A stretch of DNA of 54,408 bases from Planctomycetota bacterium (GCA_029936315.1 JAPYTD010000022.1:5526-59933), one strand, 5' to 3'. Shown: positions 9,862 through 19,918, numbered from the stretch's first letter. Numbers and translations are program-made. Notes: a model not told the origin generated them from the sequence alone.

Positions 9862-10064
9862 AGTCTTGGTTTGAGCCAACGGCATGAGCAGAGCTCAATC
9901 CGCCACCCAGCGCGAATGGTCGGTAACAACGGCGTCCGCAGACGTACCGACAACCCGCGGCCAGGTATGTTGGAGGTGTGGTCAGATCTCGCGAACCCGG
10001 CTAGTGCTGGGTCGGGCGATGTTACGATAATTGCCTATGGCCGTCGCTCCGGCCGCCTGTACCG

Positions 10065-11525
10065 ATGCCCACGATTGAGTTTGATGCCCTGGACTACCTC
10101 GCCGACCAGCGCTTCGCTGCGGCTCACTACCTGCTAGACGGGGATGAGACGCGCGGTTGGCAGGTGCATCGAGATGGCAACCTGGCCCTCGAACTTGGTC
10201 CAGGCTACCGCCTGCTGCGCACCAGGCAGTGTGGCATCTGCTCAACGGACTTGGCGCGCCATTTCTTGCCCTTCCCGTTGCCGCAGGTAATCGGTCACGA
10301 AGTCATCGCGACCGACAACGAAGGGCACCGCTACGTCGTTGAGATCAACGCTTCGCATGAAGCGCGCGGCGTTGCCAGCGAGTGCGCGTTCTGCAGTGTG
10401 GGGCTCGCGACGCATTGTCCCGAACGCCTTGTGTTGGGGATTCATGATCTGCCAGGAGGCTTCGGCCCGTGGATCTTGGCGCCTGTAGAATCGTGCCTGG
10501 CCATCCCGGACAACGTGCCCGACAGCGCCGCCGTGCTGGTCGAACCGTTCGCTGCCGCATTGCACGGCGTGAAGACGATTGCGCCGCGCGCTGGCGAATG
10601 CGTTGCTGTTTTGGGGCCAAGGCGGCTCGGCATGCTGGTGGTTGCGGCGTTGGCTGGTGTGCGCACGCGCGAACAACTTGATGGTCGCGACTTTGCTATC
10701 GCTGCGATTGCGCGTGATCCGGCGATGCTGCCGTTGGCAACTTCGTTTGGCGCGACCGAGACACACCACTTGAGCCCCGAGGCTCCGGCACTCGCCGATC
10801 AATCGTTCGATGTCGTCGTCGACACAACTGGCAACCCCGACGGATTGACGACTGCGGTGCGGTTGGCGCGACGCGAAGTGCATCTGAAATCAACACACGG
10901 CCAACCAGCTTGCGGCCTCGCGCACCTGACCGAGTTGGTCGTCGACGAGTTGTCGATCGAACCGTTCTCAGCTCAACAACCGGAGACGGGCACCGGTGCC
11001 TGGCAACGGTTGACGACCGGTGTTCGGCCGCGCATCGCGTGGCTGGCTTCGCAGGAGCCACCGCCTTGGCTCATGGAGCAGGCAGATGTGCAACGCGGTG
11101 TGGCACCGGCGCTCGCCGACCACTACGCCAGCATGTCACATGGCCTGCCGCGCGCGGATGTGGCGGTCGTCGACTCTGCGGCGCAGGCCGATGCTGCTAT
11201 TCGACCGCAGCGCGGCAAGGGCGGCAATGAGTTGGCGCTCGTTCGGCCCCGCGGTGCGGTGCTCGTGCATCCTTCGGCGAGCGTCGCCGATTCCGTGCTG
11301 CTAGAAGCGGTTGTCGCGCGCGGCTTGCGACTGACCAGTTCACGATGCGGCGACTTCCAGGCGGCGCTCGACTTGTTGGCGACTGACAGCGAACTTCGCC
11401 GAATTGGTGAACGACTCGTCACCCATCACTTCCCCGCGAGCGATCTCAAGGAAGCGTTTGCCGTGGCTGGATCCCGCGCGTGCGTCAAAGCCGTCATCAC
11501 CCACCGTGAGGCAGGCAACTCGTGA
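10065..11525 (+). CDS. Zinc-dependent medium-chain dehydrogenase (MDR) with a large insertion
   Basis: CGICSTD, GHE, CxxC..C, EPFAAA, DTTGNPDG, LKST...SRCG motifs; 486 aa is longer than a typical MDR. Confidence 0.8.
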   Translation: MPTIEFDALDYLADQRFAAAHYLLDGDETRGWQVHRDGNLALELGPGYRLLRTRQCGICSTDLARHFLPFPLPQVIGHEVIATDNEGHRYVVEINASHEARGVASECAFCSVGLATHCPERLVLGIHDLPGGFGPWILAPVESCLAIPDNVPDSAAVLVEPFAAALHGVKTIAPRAGECVAVLGPRRLGMLVVAALAGVRTREQLDGRDFAIAAIARDPAMLPLATSFGATETHHLSPEAPALADQSFDVVVDTTGNPDGLTTAVRLARREVHLKSTHGQPACGLAHLTELVVDELSIEPFSAQQPETGTGAWQRLTTGVRPRIAWLASQEPPPWLMEQADVQRGVAPALADHYASMSHGLPRADVAVVDSAAQADAAIRPQRGKGGNELALVRPRGAVLVHPSASVADSVLLEAVVARGLRLTSSRCGDFQAALDLLATDSELRRIGERLVTHHFPASDLKEAFAVAGSRACVKAVITHREAGNS

Positions 11526-13975
11526 CCGAGCAACGCCCGCAACAATTGGAGACGTCGCTCGGGCCGCCGCTGGTGCGAGAAGGTGCCGTTTGGCGGCTCG
11601 ACCTGGAGTCGTTGCCCATCCTTCACGGCTTGTCGGTTATCTCACGCGCACTGTCCGAGATGGTCTTGGCTCAGGCACGTGCTGACCGAGTGGATGTCAC
11701 CGTCGAACGTAAGCTTCGCGCGAGTGAGAACCCTGAGTTGATCGAGATGTTTGGCATCGAGCTGGTCAAGGTCTCGGCCGAAGTTGCTCCGATCGCGGAC
11801 TTCATCGATAACCCCGAAGTGCTCGAGGCTCGACTGCGTGCCTTGCTCGGCAGTCTGCAGCGGGAACGCTATCGCGATGCCGTGATGCCGCAGGACGGTA
11901 GTGATCCGCGCGCGCTTGTTGCGCACTTCGATGCGGAGTACGCCGCCCAGTCCGCGGTTGGTTCGAGCAAGCAACGCTACGTGCTTGAGCGACTGGCGAC
12001 CCGCAACGACAAGGGTCGTGGAGGCTTGCGTATCACGATCGAGGACTTGGCGAAGCCGCGCCTCAATCTCGATGTGGTGCCGCACCTCGTGATCGATGAT
12101 GTCGCCGGGCGTCAGTTTATCGCCGGTTCGACGCGCATAGCCCAGTCGTGGACCGAATCGCTGCGGCGCGAAGCCGTGCGTAGCCGGCGGTCGTTCTTCG
12201 AGGACCGCGATCCGCACAGCCACCTGTTCCGCCAACTCGATCAAGCGGGGCTCGGCACGCTGCAGCGAGTTTCGATGCAGTGGTCGGAGCACGTCCTACC
12301 GTTCTTGCTCGAAAACGAACCAGCGGTGCCACAAGAACTGATGAAGCGTGTGTTGCTCGCGCTCGAGGACCGCGGCTTGCGGGATCTGCTGGCCGAACGC
12401 GAAGTCGTGCGCGTCGATGCCGGTGCGGTCCCGGTCTATCTCGACATTGCGCAACTGGGCCGCGTGCTGGAGTTGTCGTTGGGGCAGCGTCGCCAACGTG
12501 ACGATGCTGATGCGTTCTTGGCGCGAATGCCCGCGCTCAGTGGCATCATCAAGAAGAACGGCAGCGACCTGCCGCTGAGATCGACGCCGGTCTTCTTGGT
12601 GCACCACATGACCGGTGAAATCGTCGGCTTGATCGCGGCACTGCGAGCTTTGGGGTGTCGCGACCTGACGGTCTTGTTCGTCAGCTATGCCAGTGAACCG
12701 CCGGCTAGTTACCTCGATGCCGTTCTCGATCTACCGGCTGATGAGTTCCGGGCGTTGTCGCTCGTCAATGTGCCGCAGCGCGGCAGCGTCGAAGGCGCGT
12801 ATCACCTGTCGCATCAGTATTCGAAGCTCGACGAAAACGATGAGATCGAACGAGCGATCGGCACGACGCAGCACTACCTCGAAGCGATGCGCGCGGCGGG
12901 GGTGGTGCCGTTTTTGCGGCAGGTTGCACGCGCCGAGGCCAATGGGCAGCGTTGCCTGCTTGTCGAAGACGGCGGCTACCTTGCGCCCGCGTTGCACGAA
13001 GGACTGTTGCGCGGACTCACCGTCAAGCAGTTTGCTGGCGAGTTGGGTCACGAAGTCGACGATGAGCGTTCGTTACAGGACGCAGTCGGCAGCCGCCTGC
13101 TCGGCACCGTCGAACACACCCGCAACGGTTTTGATCGCATCGTTAGCGTTCAAGAACGGCACGGTCGCCTACCGCTACCGGCCTATTCGATCGCGATCTC
13201 CCAACTGAAGCGAGAAGTCGAGTCGCGGGAAGTCGCGGCGTCGGTGCTCAACGCGATCGAAGCTGTGCTCAATGCCGACGGTCGCGTACTGGCTCGTCGG
13301 TCGTGCCTCGTGCTCGGTTCGCGCGGCGCCATTGGCCGCGAATTGTGCCGCAGCCTGCAGCCCCGTCTCGACAACCCCGAGCACAATCTGGCTGGCATCG
13401 ATCGTGTCGTCACCGAGTTGAGCGATGTCTTTGGCTTGATCGAAGCAAACGCCATGGCCGATCTGCCGAGTGGCTGCTGGCTCGATGTGGATCTGGTCAT
13501 CGGTGTAATTGGCCACAGTCTACTGACTGGCAACGATGTCGAAGACTGGCTGATCAACAGTTCGAAGCGTGCGCTCGTGCTCGTCAGTGGTTCGACCAAG
13601 AAGGTCGAGTTCGGCGCCGTCATGGAGTGGTTCGACGGTCTGCTGCACCAAGATGAGCCGACGCTCTCCGGCGTCCCAGTCAGTGTCAAGGTCGAGGAGC
13701 TGCTGGACCCACGCACTGCGCGGGTCTATGGCCACCGGTGGATTTTCGGCTTTGCCGACGATCGCGCGCCGCGAACGGTCCTCTCGCTGGCCAACATGAC
13801 GCCGATCAACTTCCTGTTCTACGGCGTCGCGACCGAGATCATTGACGAAGTGCTCGGACAGCTGCTCTCCGCCACGCTCGCTGCAGTGAACCGCGCCGAT
13901 GACCCGGCCGCGACGGGCTGCATGCTGGCCGTGGATCACCAGATCGACGAGAACGGCAACCCTCTAGCGAAGTAG
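11522..13975 (+). CDS. Divergent adenosylhomocysteinase-like NAD-binding protein with long N-terminal extension
   Basis: C-terminal ~470 aa carries HHMT, VEDGGY, TVEHTRNG, LPAYSIAISQLK, LVLGSRGAIG, colinear with AhcY motifs; GTGA overlap with the MDR gene. Confidence 0.6.
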   Translation: MTEQRPQQLETSLGPPLVREGAVWRLDLESLPILHGLSVISRALSEMVLAQARADRVDVTVERKLRASENPELIEMFGIELVKVSAEVAPIADFIDNPEVLEARLRALLGSLQRERYRDAVMPQDGSDPRALVAHFDAEYAAQSAVGSSKQRYVLERLATRNDKGRGGLRITIEDLAKPRLNLDVVPHLVIDDVAGRQFIAGSTRIAQSWTESLRREAVRSRRSFFEDRDPHSHLFRQLDQAGLGTLQRVSMQWSEHVLPFLLENEPAVPQELMKRVLLALEDRGLRDLLAEREVVRVDAGAVPVYLDIAQLGRVLELSLGQRRQRDDADAFLARMPALSGIIKKNGSDLPLRSTPVFLVHHMTGEIVGLIAALRALGCRDLTVLFVSYASEPPASYLDAVLDLPADEFRALSLVNVPQRGSVEGAYHLSHQYSKLDENDEIERAIGTTQHYLEAMRAAGVVPFLRQVARAEANGQRCLLVEDGGYLAPALHEGLLRGLTVKQFAGELGHEVDDERSLQDAVGSRLLGTVEHTRNGFDRIVSVQERHGRLPLPAYSIAISQLKREVESREVAASVLNAIEAVLNADGRVLARRSCLVLGSRGAIGRELCRSLQPRLDNPEHNLAGIDRVVTELSDVFGLIEANAMADLPSGCWLDVDLVIGVIGHSLLTGNDVEDWLINSSKRALVLVSGSTKKVEFGAVMEWFDGLLHQDEPTLSGVPVSVKVEELLDPRTARVYGHRWIFGFADDRAPRTVLSLANMTPINFLFYGVATEIIDEVLGQLLSATLAAVNRADDPAATGCMLAVDHQIDENGNPLAK

Positions 13976-14033
13976 CGGCACCGGCCCTCAGTTCTTCGCG
14001 CGATCCAAGTGCATTCGCGGTAGCGTTCGGTTC

Positions 14034-14780
14034 GTGGTGACCAAGAAGAAGTCTCGCAAGGCGGCTCCCGCGATCGTCTCTTCGGGACCACCGCCGTCTC
14101 GCAAAGAACTGCTCGAGCGATTGGTGGCGGAGATCCCCGCGCCGAAATGTGAACTCGATCACATCGACGGTTGGACCCTGTTGATTGCGACCATCCTCAG
14201 CGCGCAGAGCACGGATAGAACCGTCAACACCGTGACACCGGTGTTGTTCGGCAAGTGGCCGACGCCGCAAGCACTGGCATCGGCACCGCGCGAAGAAGTC
14301 GAGGAAGTCGTTCACCGCACGGGATTTTTCCGCAACAAGGCCAAGGCCATCCAAGGTGCTAGCCTGGCGATTCATACCGAGCACAACGACGAGGTGCCGC
14401 GCGATCTCGAGACGCTGATCACGCTGCCAGGTGTCGCGCGCAAGACTGCCAACGTCGTGCTCGGCATTGCATACCGCATTGCCTCGGGCATCGTCGTTGA
14501 TACCCATGTCACGCGCGTCAGCCAGCGGCTCGCACTGACGACCGAGAAGAACCCGGAGAAGGTCGAGAAGTCGCTCTGCGAGTTCTTCGACCACGACGAG
14601 TGGATCGATAGCGGCCACCGGATCCTGTTGCATGGCCGCTATGTCTGTCTCGCTAAGAACCCAGACTGCGCCAACTGCGCGCTTGCCGAGATCTGTCCAT
14701 CGCGCGCTGCCGATGCGCTCGGCAGCTGGCAGGATCGTGCGGAGCACTCGCGCGCCCACATAGAGAGTAGTGGCGCGTGA
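14034..14780 (+). CDS. nth: Endonuclease III
   Basis: LLIATILSAQSTD, HhH LPGVARKTANVV, VDTHV, C-x6-C-x2-C-x5-C FeS motif. Confidence 0.95.
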   Translation: MVTKKKSRKAAPAIVSSGPPPSRKELLERLVAEIPAPKCELDHIDGWTLLIATILSAQSTDRTVNTVTPVLFGKWPTPQALASAPREEVEEVVHRTGFFRNKAKAIQGASLAIHTEHNDEVPRDLETLITLPGVARKTANVVLGIAYRIASGIVVDTHVTRVSQRLALTTEKNPEKVEKSLCEFFDHDEWIDSGHRILLHGRYVCLAKNPDCANCALAEICPSRAADALGSWQDRAEHSRAHIESSGA

Positions 14781-15526
14781 TTGCCTTCCGCTCGGTGCGC
14801 AAGACGTTCGCCGACGCGAACGGCCAAGAGACCGTGGCCCTTCACGATCTCAACCTGCGCATCGAAACGGGTGAAGTACATTGCTTGATCGGTACCAGCG
14901 GGTGCGGCAAGACAACGTCTTTGAGGCTGGTCAATCGGCTCGAAGAACCGACCGCCGGGCAGGTGCTGGTGGGGGGTGAAGATGTCGTTGGTGTCGACAT
15001 CATCCGGTTGCGCCGACGCATCGGCTACGTGATCCAAAGCGGCGGCTTGTTCCCACACATGACCGTAGCGCAGAACATCTCGGTGCTGAATGTGCTCGAA
15101 GGCCAGCAAGCCGGCGAGATCGAACGCCGAGTGAACGAACTGCTTGAGCTGGTCCACCTCGCGCCCGACCAGTTTGCTTCTCGCTATCCCAAGGAATTGT
15201 CCGGTGGTCAACGGCAACGGGTTGGTATCGCCCGCGCGTTGGCGCTGGATCCCGACTACCTGTTGATGGATGAGCCGTTTGGTGCGTTAGACCCGATCAC
15301 GCGCGTGCAACTGCTCGAAGACCTACAGCCGTTGTTTCGGGACTTTGGCAAAACGGTGCTGCTGGTCACGCACGACCTCGAGGAAGCCTTTGCCATCGGT
15401 CACCGCGTGACGTTGATGCACGAAGGCAACCTCGTGCAGACTGGTACACGCGACGATCTAACGAATGCTCCCGCCAACGAGTTTGTGGCGCGATTCGTGC
15501 GAACAGTGGGGAGGGTGCGGCAATGA
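14777..15526 (+). CDS. Osmoprotectant-type ABC transporter ATP-binding subunit (OpuA/ProV family, no CBS domains)
   Basis: GTSGCGKTT, IGYVIQSGGLFPHMTV, LSGGQRQRV, MDEPFGALDP. Confidence 0.9.
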   Translation: MIAFRSVRKTFADANGQETVALHDLNLRIETGEVHCLIGTSGCGKTTSLRLVNRLEEPTAGQVLVGGEDVVGVDIIRLRRRIGYVIQSGGLFPHMTVAQNISVLNVLEGQQAGEIERRVNELLELVHLAPDQFASRYPKELSGGQRQRVGIARALALDPDYLLMDEPFGALDPITRVQLLEDLQPLFRDFGKTVLLVTHDLEEAFAIGHRVTLMHEGNLVQTGTRDDLTNAPANEFVARFVRTVGRVRQ

Positions 15527-17109
15527 GGACTCTCTTTATCGGGTGCAGTCTGGTCGCCGCATTGTCTGCGCAGGACACCATCCGGATCGGCGCCAAGAAC
15601 TTCACCGAGTCTGCGATCCTCGCTGAGTTGATGGCGCAGACAATCGAAGCGCACACCGATCTTCTGGTAGAGCTGCGCACTGGGCTGGGCGGCACGATGA
15701 TCTGCTGGTCGGCTCTGAAGTCCGGCGAGATCGACATCTACGCAGAATACACCGGCACTGGTTGGGCGACGATTCTCGGCCAGACCGACAAGGTGACGGA
15801 TCCTCTGCGCACGTTTTTCTACGTGCGTCAGCGCTGCCGTGATGAGCACGATGTGCTTTGGCTCGAGCCGTTTGGTCTCAACAACAGCTACGCGCTCGTG
15901 ATGCGCGAGGACAAGGCGGACGAACTCGGGATCACGCGCATCTCGGATTTACTGGATCACCAGCGGAGCCTTCGTGCCGGCTTTGGGTTTGAGTTCGCTG
16001 ACCGAAATGATGGCTACCCCGGCCTGGTGGCTACGTATGGCTTGAATCTCGCGAACATGCGCACGGTCGAGCACGCACTTGCATACGAGGCAATCGAATC
16101 CGGCGCGATCGACTTGATGGATGCCTACTCGACCGATGGCAAGTTGCTGCGGTTCAAGCTGCGCGTGCTCGAAGACGACCGCCAGTTCTTTCCGCCCTAC
16201 AACGCTGCGCCGATGGTCCGCGGAGCGACACTGCGCAAGCACCCCGAGATCGAGCGGGCCTTGTCGAAGCTCGCGTTTCGGTTGTCGAACCTCGACGCGC
16301 AGGCGCTGAACTACATCGTCGAGACGGAGGGAATCTCACCAGAGCTCGCCGCGAGGGCATTTCTGGAGATCGAGGAATTGATCGGCGGCGCCTCAGCATC
16401 AACGGCCGAGGCGCGCCGGGCATTCGCCGCAGTGCGCAAGTCACCGCCGACTCCCGGTGCCGCAGCAACGGCGAGACCTGGCTTCCTGGCGTTGCTAGCT
16501 GCGAAGTCGGCCAAGATCTGGTCGCTGACGCTGGAGCACATGTGGTTGGTGCTCGTCGCAGTTCTCGGTGCGACGTTCGTGGCGGTGCCACTTGGAATCG
16601 CCATCACTACGCGTCGCCGAATGAGGCGCGTGCTGCTCGGCATCGCCGGTGTCTTGCAGACGATCCCGAGCCTGGCGTTGCTCATGGTCATGATTCCATT
16701 GCTCGGTTTGAGCCCAAACTCCGCGATTGTGGCGATGCTTCTGTATGCGCTGCTGCCAATCCTACGCAACACGTACACGGGGATCGCTGGTGTGGCAGTG
16801 GAGCTTGTCGATGCTGCGCGCGGGATGGGCATGAGGCCAAACCAGGTGCTTCGTCGAGTGCAGTTGCCGCTGGCCCTGCCAACGATCATGGCGGGCATTC
16901 GTACTGCAGCTGTGATCAGTGTCGGAGTGGCAACCCTCGCTGCGTTCATCGGCGCTGGTGGCTTGGGGGAACTCATTGTCGAGGGCCTCTACCTCAACTA
17001 CATCGAGATGATCCTGCTGGGAGCGATAGCTGCAGCAATCTTGGCTTTGCTAACGGATTGGATTCTCGAACGGGTCGAAGCCAGACTCCGCTCACCGGGC
17101 ACTACGTAG
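15523..17109 (+). CDS. Fused substrate-binding + permease subunit, glycine betaine/choline (OpuBC/OsmF-like) ABC family
   Basis: N-terminal IGAKNFTES, YAEYTGT, NNSYAL, AYSTDG, FFPPY; C-terminal permease QTIPSLALL, AARGMGM, IGAGGLG. Confidence 0.88.
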   Translation: MRTLFIGCSLVAALSAQDTIRIGAKNFTESAILAELMAQTIEAHTDLLVELRTGLGGTMICWSALKSGEIDIYAEYTGTGWATILGQTDKVTDPLRTFFYVRQRCRDEHDVLWLEPFGLNNSYALVMREDKADELGITRISDLLDHQRSLRAGFGFEFADRNDGYPGLVATYGLNLANMRTVEHALAYEAIESGAIDLMDAYSTDGKLLRFKLRVLEDDRQFFPPYNAAPMVRGATLRKHPEIERALSKLAFRLSNLDAQALNYIVETEGISPELAARAFLEIEELIGGASASTAEARRAFAAVRKSPPTPGAAATARPGFLALLAAKSAKIWSLTLEHMWLVLVAVLGATFVAVPLGIAITTRRRMRRVLLGIAGVLQTIPSLALLMVMIPLLGLSPNSAIVAMLLYALLPILRNTYTGIAGVAVELVDAARGMGMRPNQVLRRVQLPLALPTIMAGIRTAAVISVGVATLAAFIGAGGLGELIVEGLYLNYIEMILLGAIAAAILALLTDWILERVEARLRSPGTT

Positions 17110-18154
17110 GCGCGACGCGGAACTCGGTCGCCTTGATCGCCGCCCACACTTCGCCGCGTCCATCGAGGTCGAGGTCCTTGACGGCAGATTCGGTTACTTC
17201 CGCAATGATCGGCAGATCGCCGCCAAGTTGTACGCGGATGCAGCCGAGCGCGCGCTCTGTCGAGAGGATTGGCGCGCGGAATACGTTGCGGGGAGAACCT
17301 GCTGGCCGTTCGCGGAACAGCGCCACGGCGCGCGGATGAACCGTGGCGATCACTTCGCCGTCGTGCTTTGTGCCGACGATCACGGTCTTGCCGTTCTTGA
17401 CCGTCAGTACGTTGCCAGAGCAGGTGCCCCGGAAGCAGTTCAACCCGATCAGGTCCGCGACGTAGCGTGACGCCGGCTTGTTGCCGAGTTGATCCATCGT
17501 GCCGACCTGCACAATGCGCCCCTCCTCCAACACAGCGATGCGGTCTGCGAGAGCCAGTGCGTCGCCAATATCGTGTGCAACCAACACGCACGACCCTTGG
17601 AACGCTTGGATCTGCGACCGCAGGGTGCGCCGCAGTTCGACGCGCGCGCTCGCGTCGGCCGCGGCCAACGGTTCGTCGAGTAGTAGCAGCTTTGGGGTTG
17701 TCGCGAGCGCTCGTGCCAACGCGATGCGTTGCGCCTGACCGCCGGAGAGCTCGGTCGGCGTGGCGTTGCCGTACTTGATCATGCCGAGGCGTTCGAGCCA
17801 GGTCTGGGCGACAGTACGCGCGAGCTTCTTCTTGACGCCACGACTCGTTAGTCCAAATGCGATGTTGTCGAGCACGCGAAGATGGGGGAACAGCAGGTGC
17901 TCCTGGAAGACGACGCCAACGCCGCGTTCTTCGGGCGGCACGAAGACGCCGTTGGGGCCAGCATCTACTGGCTCTTCATCGAGCCGAACATGGCCGGTCT
18001 CAATTTCATGCAGACCGGCGAGCACGCGTAGCAGCGTCGACTTGCCTGCGCCGTTGGGGCCAAGCAGTGCGAGGGTTTCGCCGTTCTGCACCTGGAGTGC
18101 GACGTCGAGATGCAGCGTGCCGCGGTTGGTCGTGAAGTTTGCGTCGACGCTCAT
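17102..18154 (-). CDS. modC: Molybdate ABC transporter ATP-binding subunit with TOBE domain
   Basis: GPNGAGKST, LSGGQAQR, LDEP, C-terminal GSPRN...WAAIKATE; start at 18154 overlaps the modB stop. Confidence 0.88.
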   Translation of the reverse strand: MSVDANFTTNRGTLHLDVALQVQNGETLALLGPNGAGKSTLLRVLAGLHEIETGHVRLDEEPVDAGPNGVFVPPEERGVGVVFQEHLLFPHLRVLDNIAFGLTSRGVKKKLARTVAQTWLERLGMIKYGNATPTELSGGQAQRIALARALATTPKLLLLDEPLAAADASARVELRRTLRSQIQAFQGSCVLVAHDIGDALALADRIAVLEEGRIVQVGTMDQLGNKPASRYVADLIGLNCFRGTCSGNVLTVKNGKTVIVGTKHDGEVIATVHPRAVALFRERPAGSPRNVFRAPILSTERALGCIRVQLGGDLPIIAEVTESAVKDLDLDGRGEVWAAIKATEFRVAPT

Positions 18155-18942
18155 CGGATCGGGAACCACTGGCGACGAAGAAGGAACAAGACGACGGCAG
18201 AGACGACTAGCAGGATCAGACTTAACGCGATCGCAGCCGCGGGTTGCGACTCAAGGGCGTGGTGGATGGCGAGCGGCATTGTGCGCGTGCGGCCCTGAAA
18301 GCTGCCCGCAAACGTGATTGTCGCGCCAAACTCCCCGAGCGCCCGCGCCCACGCAACCAACAGGCCTGCGCGCAGCGACGGTGCGATCATCGGCAGCGTG
18401 ATCGAGCGAAAGCTACGCCATGGGTTGGCGCCCAGCGTTGCCGCCGCTTCGCTGTAGCGCGGATCGAATGCGCGTAGACCGCCTTCGACCGTCAGCACGA
18501 AGAACGGCATCGCGACGTATGTTGTCGCGAGCACCACGCCAGCCCAAGTAAATGGCACTACGATGCCAAACCAACGATCGAGCGAGCCGCCAATGACGCC
18601 GTTCTTGCCAAATGCCAGCAGCAGAGCCAGGCCGCCGACGATCGGTGGCAAGACCATCGGCAAGGTGATCAGCACCCGCACCCAGGAGCGAAGCGAGTCG
18701 TTGCCGTGGGCAAGCCAGGTGGCGAGTGGCAGGCCGAGAACGACACACAAGCAGGCTGCTGCGAGTGAGCACTCCAGCGAAAGCAGTAGAGCGTCGAGTG
18801 TGGCCCGATCGGTGATCAGGGTTGCGAGGTCTGTCCACGGCGTGGCTGCCAGCAGTCCGATCAGAGGTAGCAAGAACAGGATCGCGGCGAACACCGCAGG
18901 CACGAGTAGCCATCCCGGCAGAGGTGTGCGGCGTCTGGTCAC
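18151..18942 (-). CDS. modB: Molybdate ABC transporter permease
   Basis: LPMVLPPIVGG, WARALGEFGATITFAG, TRTMPLAI. Confidence 0.92.
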   Translation of the reverse strand: MTRRRTPLPGWLLVPAVFAAILFLLPLIGLLAATPWTDLATLITDRATLDALLLSLECSLAAACLCVVLGLPLATWLAHGNDSLRSWVRVLITLPMVLPPIVGGLALLLAFGKNGVIGGSLDRWFGIVVPFTWAGVVLATTYVAMPFFVLTVEGGLRAFDPRYSEAAATLGANPWRSFRSITLPMIAPSLRAGLLVAWARALGEFGATITFAGSFQGRTRTMPLAIHHALESQPAAAIALSLILLVVSAVVLFLLRRQWFPIR

Positions 18943-19736
18943 GGCGTGCCAAACCCGTGCGAGGTCAAGATACGTTGTCCGTCTGGGCTCAACACAAACG
19001 CTACGAATGCTTCTCCCAGCGGGCGCTGGCGGCCAGTCGACAGCGCGACGATCGGGTATGAGGCGCTGATGTTGTGAGCCTTCGGAATCACGATTGCGTG
19101 CAGTTCGTCACTGTCCTGGCTATCAATCGTGCGGGCATCGGTTGCGTAGACAATACCTGCGTCGACCAATCCCAGCTTCACTTTGCTGAGCACGGAACGC
19201 ACGCTCGGTTCATCGGACCTCGATTCCAAGTGCACGTTGGCCTTGGCCAGAGCGGAGCGCGCGTATCGTCCGGCGGGAACTTCGGGGCTGCACATCAGCA
19301 TGGTGACTGGATGTTGCAGGTCCGCGAGCGTCGCGATGCCATGCGGGTTTTGCTTGGCCGTGACGATCGCGAGGTTGTTGCTTGCGAACACCTGGGGAGG
19401 TGCCACGGTTTGTCCCGCGTCGACCACGCGCTGCATCTGCAAGGTGTCGGCCGAGGCGAACACATCGGCGGGGGCACCTTCGCGCAGTTGCAAAACCAGT
19501 CTCGTCGTTCCAGCGCAATGCAGCTCTACGCGCGTGTCTGGGTGGGCACTCTCGAAGGCCTTGCTCAGCTCTTCGAATACGTTGGTAAGCGAGGCAGCGG
19601 CGAAGACGGTGACGCGGTGCGAATGGTCTTGCCGGCAAGCGTTCGCGAGCAACAGGAGTAGTCCGAGCAGAAGTGTCGGCAGGAAGCGACGTTTCGTGGC
19701 CGTGGGTGCGAGGGCGTGAGGAGACACAGCTACCAT
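18939..19736 (-). CDS. modA: Molybdate-binding periplasmic lipoprotein
   Basis: VFAAASL, GAPADVFASA, VPAGRYA, DAGIVYATD; lipobox ANAC; start placed at ATG 19736. Confidence 0.9.
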   Translation of the reverse strand: MVAVSPHALAPTATKRRFLPTLLLGLLLLLANACRQDHSHRVTVFAAASLTNVFEELSKAFESAHPDTRVELHCAGTTRLVLQLREGAPADVFASADTLQMQRVVDAGQTVAPPQVFASNNLAIVTAKQNPHGIATLADLQHPVTMLMCSPEVPAGRYARSALAKANVHLESRSDEPSVRSVLSKVKLGLVDAGIVYATDARTIDSQDSDELHAIVIPKAHNISASYPIVALSTGRQRPLGEAFVAFVLSPDGQRILTSHGFGTP

Positions 19737-19918
19737 TAGTAGCTGACCGCTGGGCTGACTGCAGCCTGTTGACCTTGTGAGATTGAAGCAAATGTGCCGA
19801 GGCGCTCTGGGGGGCAGCGGGGCCCACCCACGACCATCGATGGTTAGGCGGGCTGATTCGGGTGAACGGCGACAAGACCCTGGTGTCGCGCTAAGCATCC
19901 CGCCGTTACGGTTTCGCT

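Noticed and set aside
9894-9985. Minus-strand peptide ..SADAVVTDH.. resembling a glycerophosphodiesterase C-terminus
   Set aside because: Match is too short to distinguish from chance.
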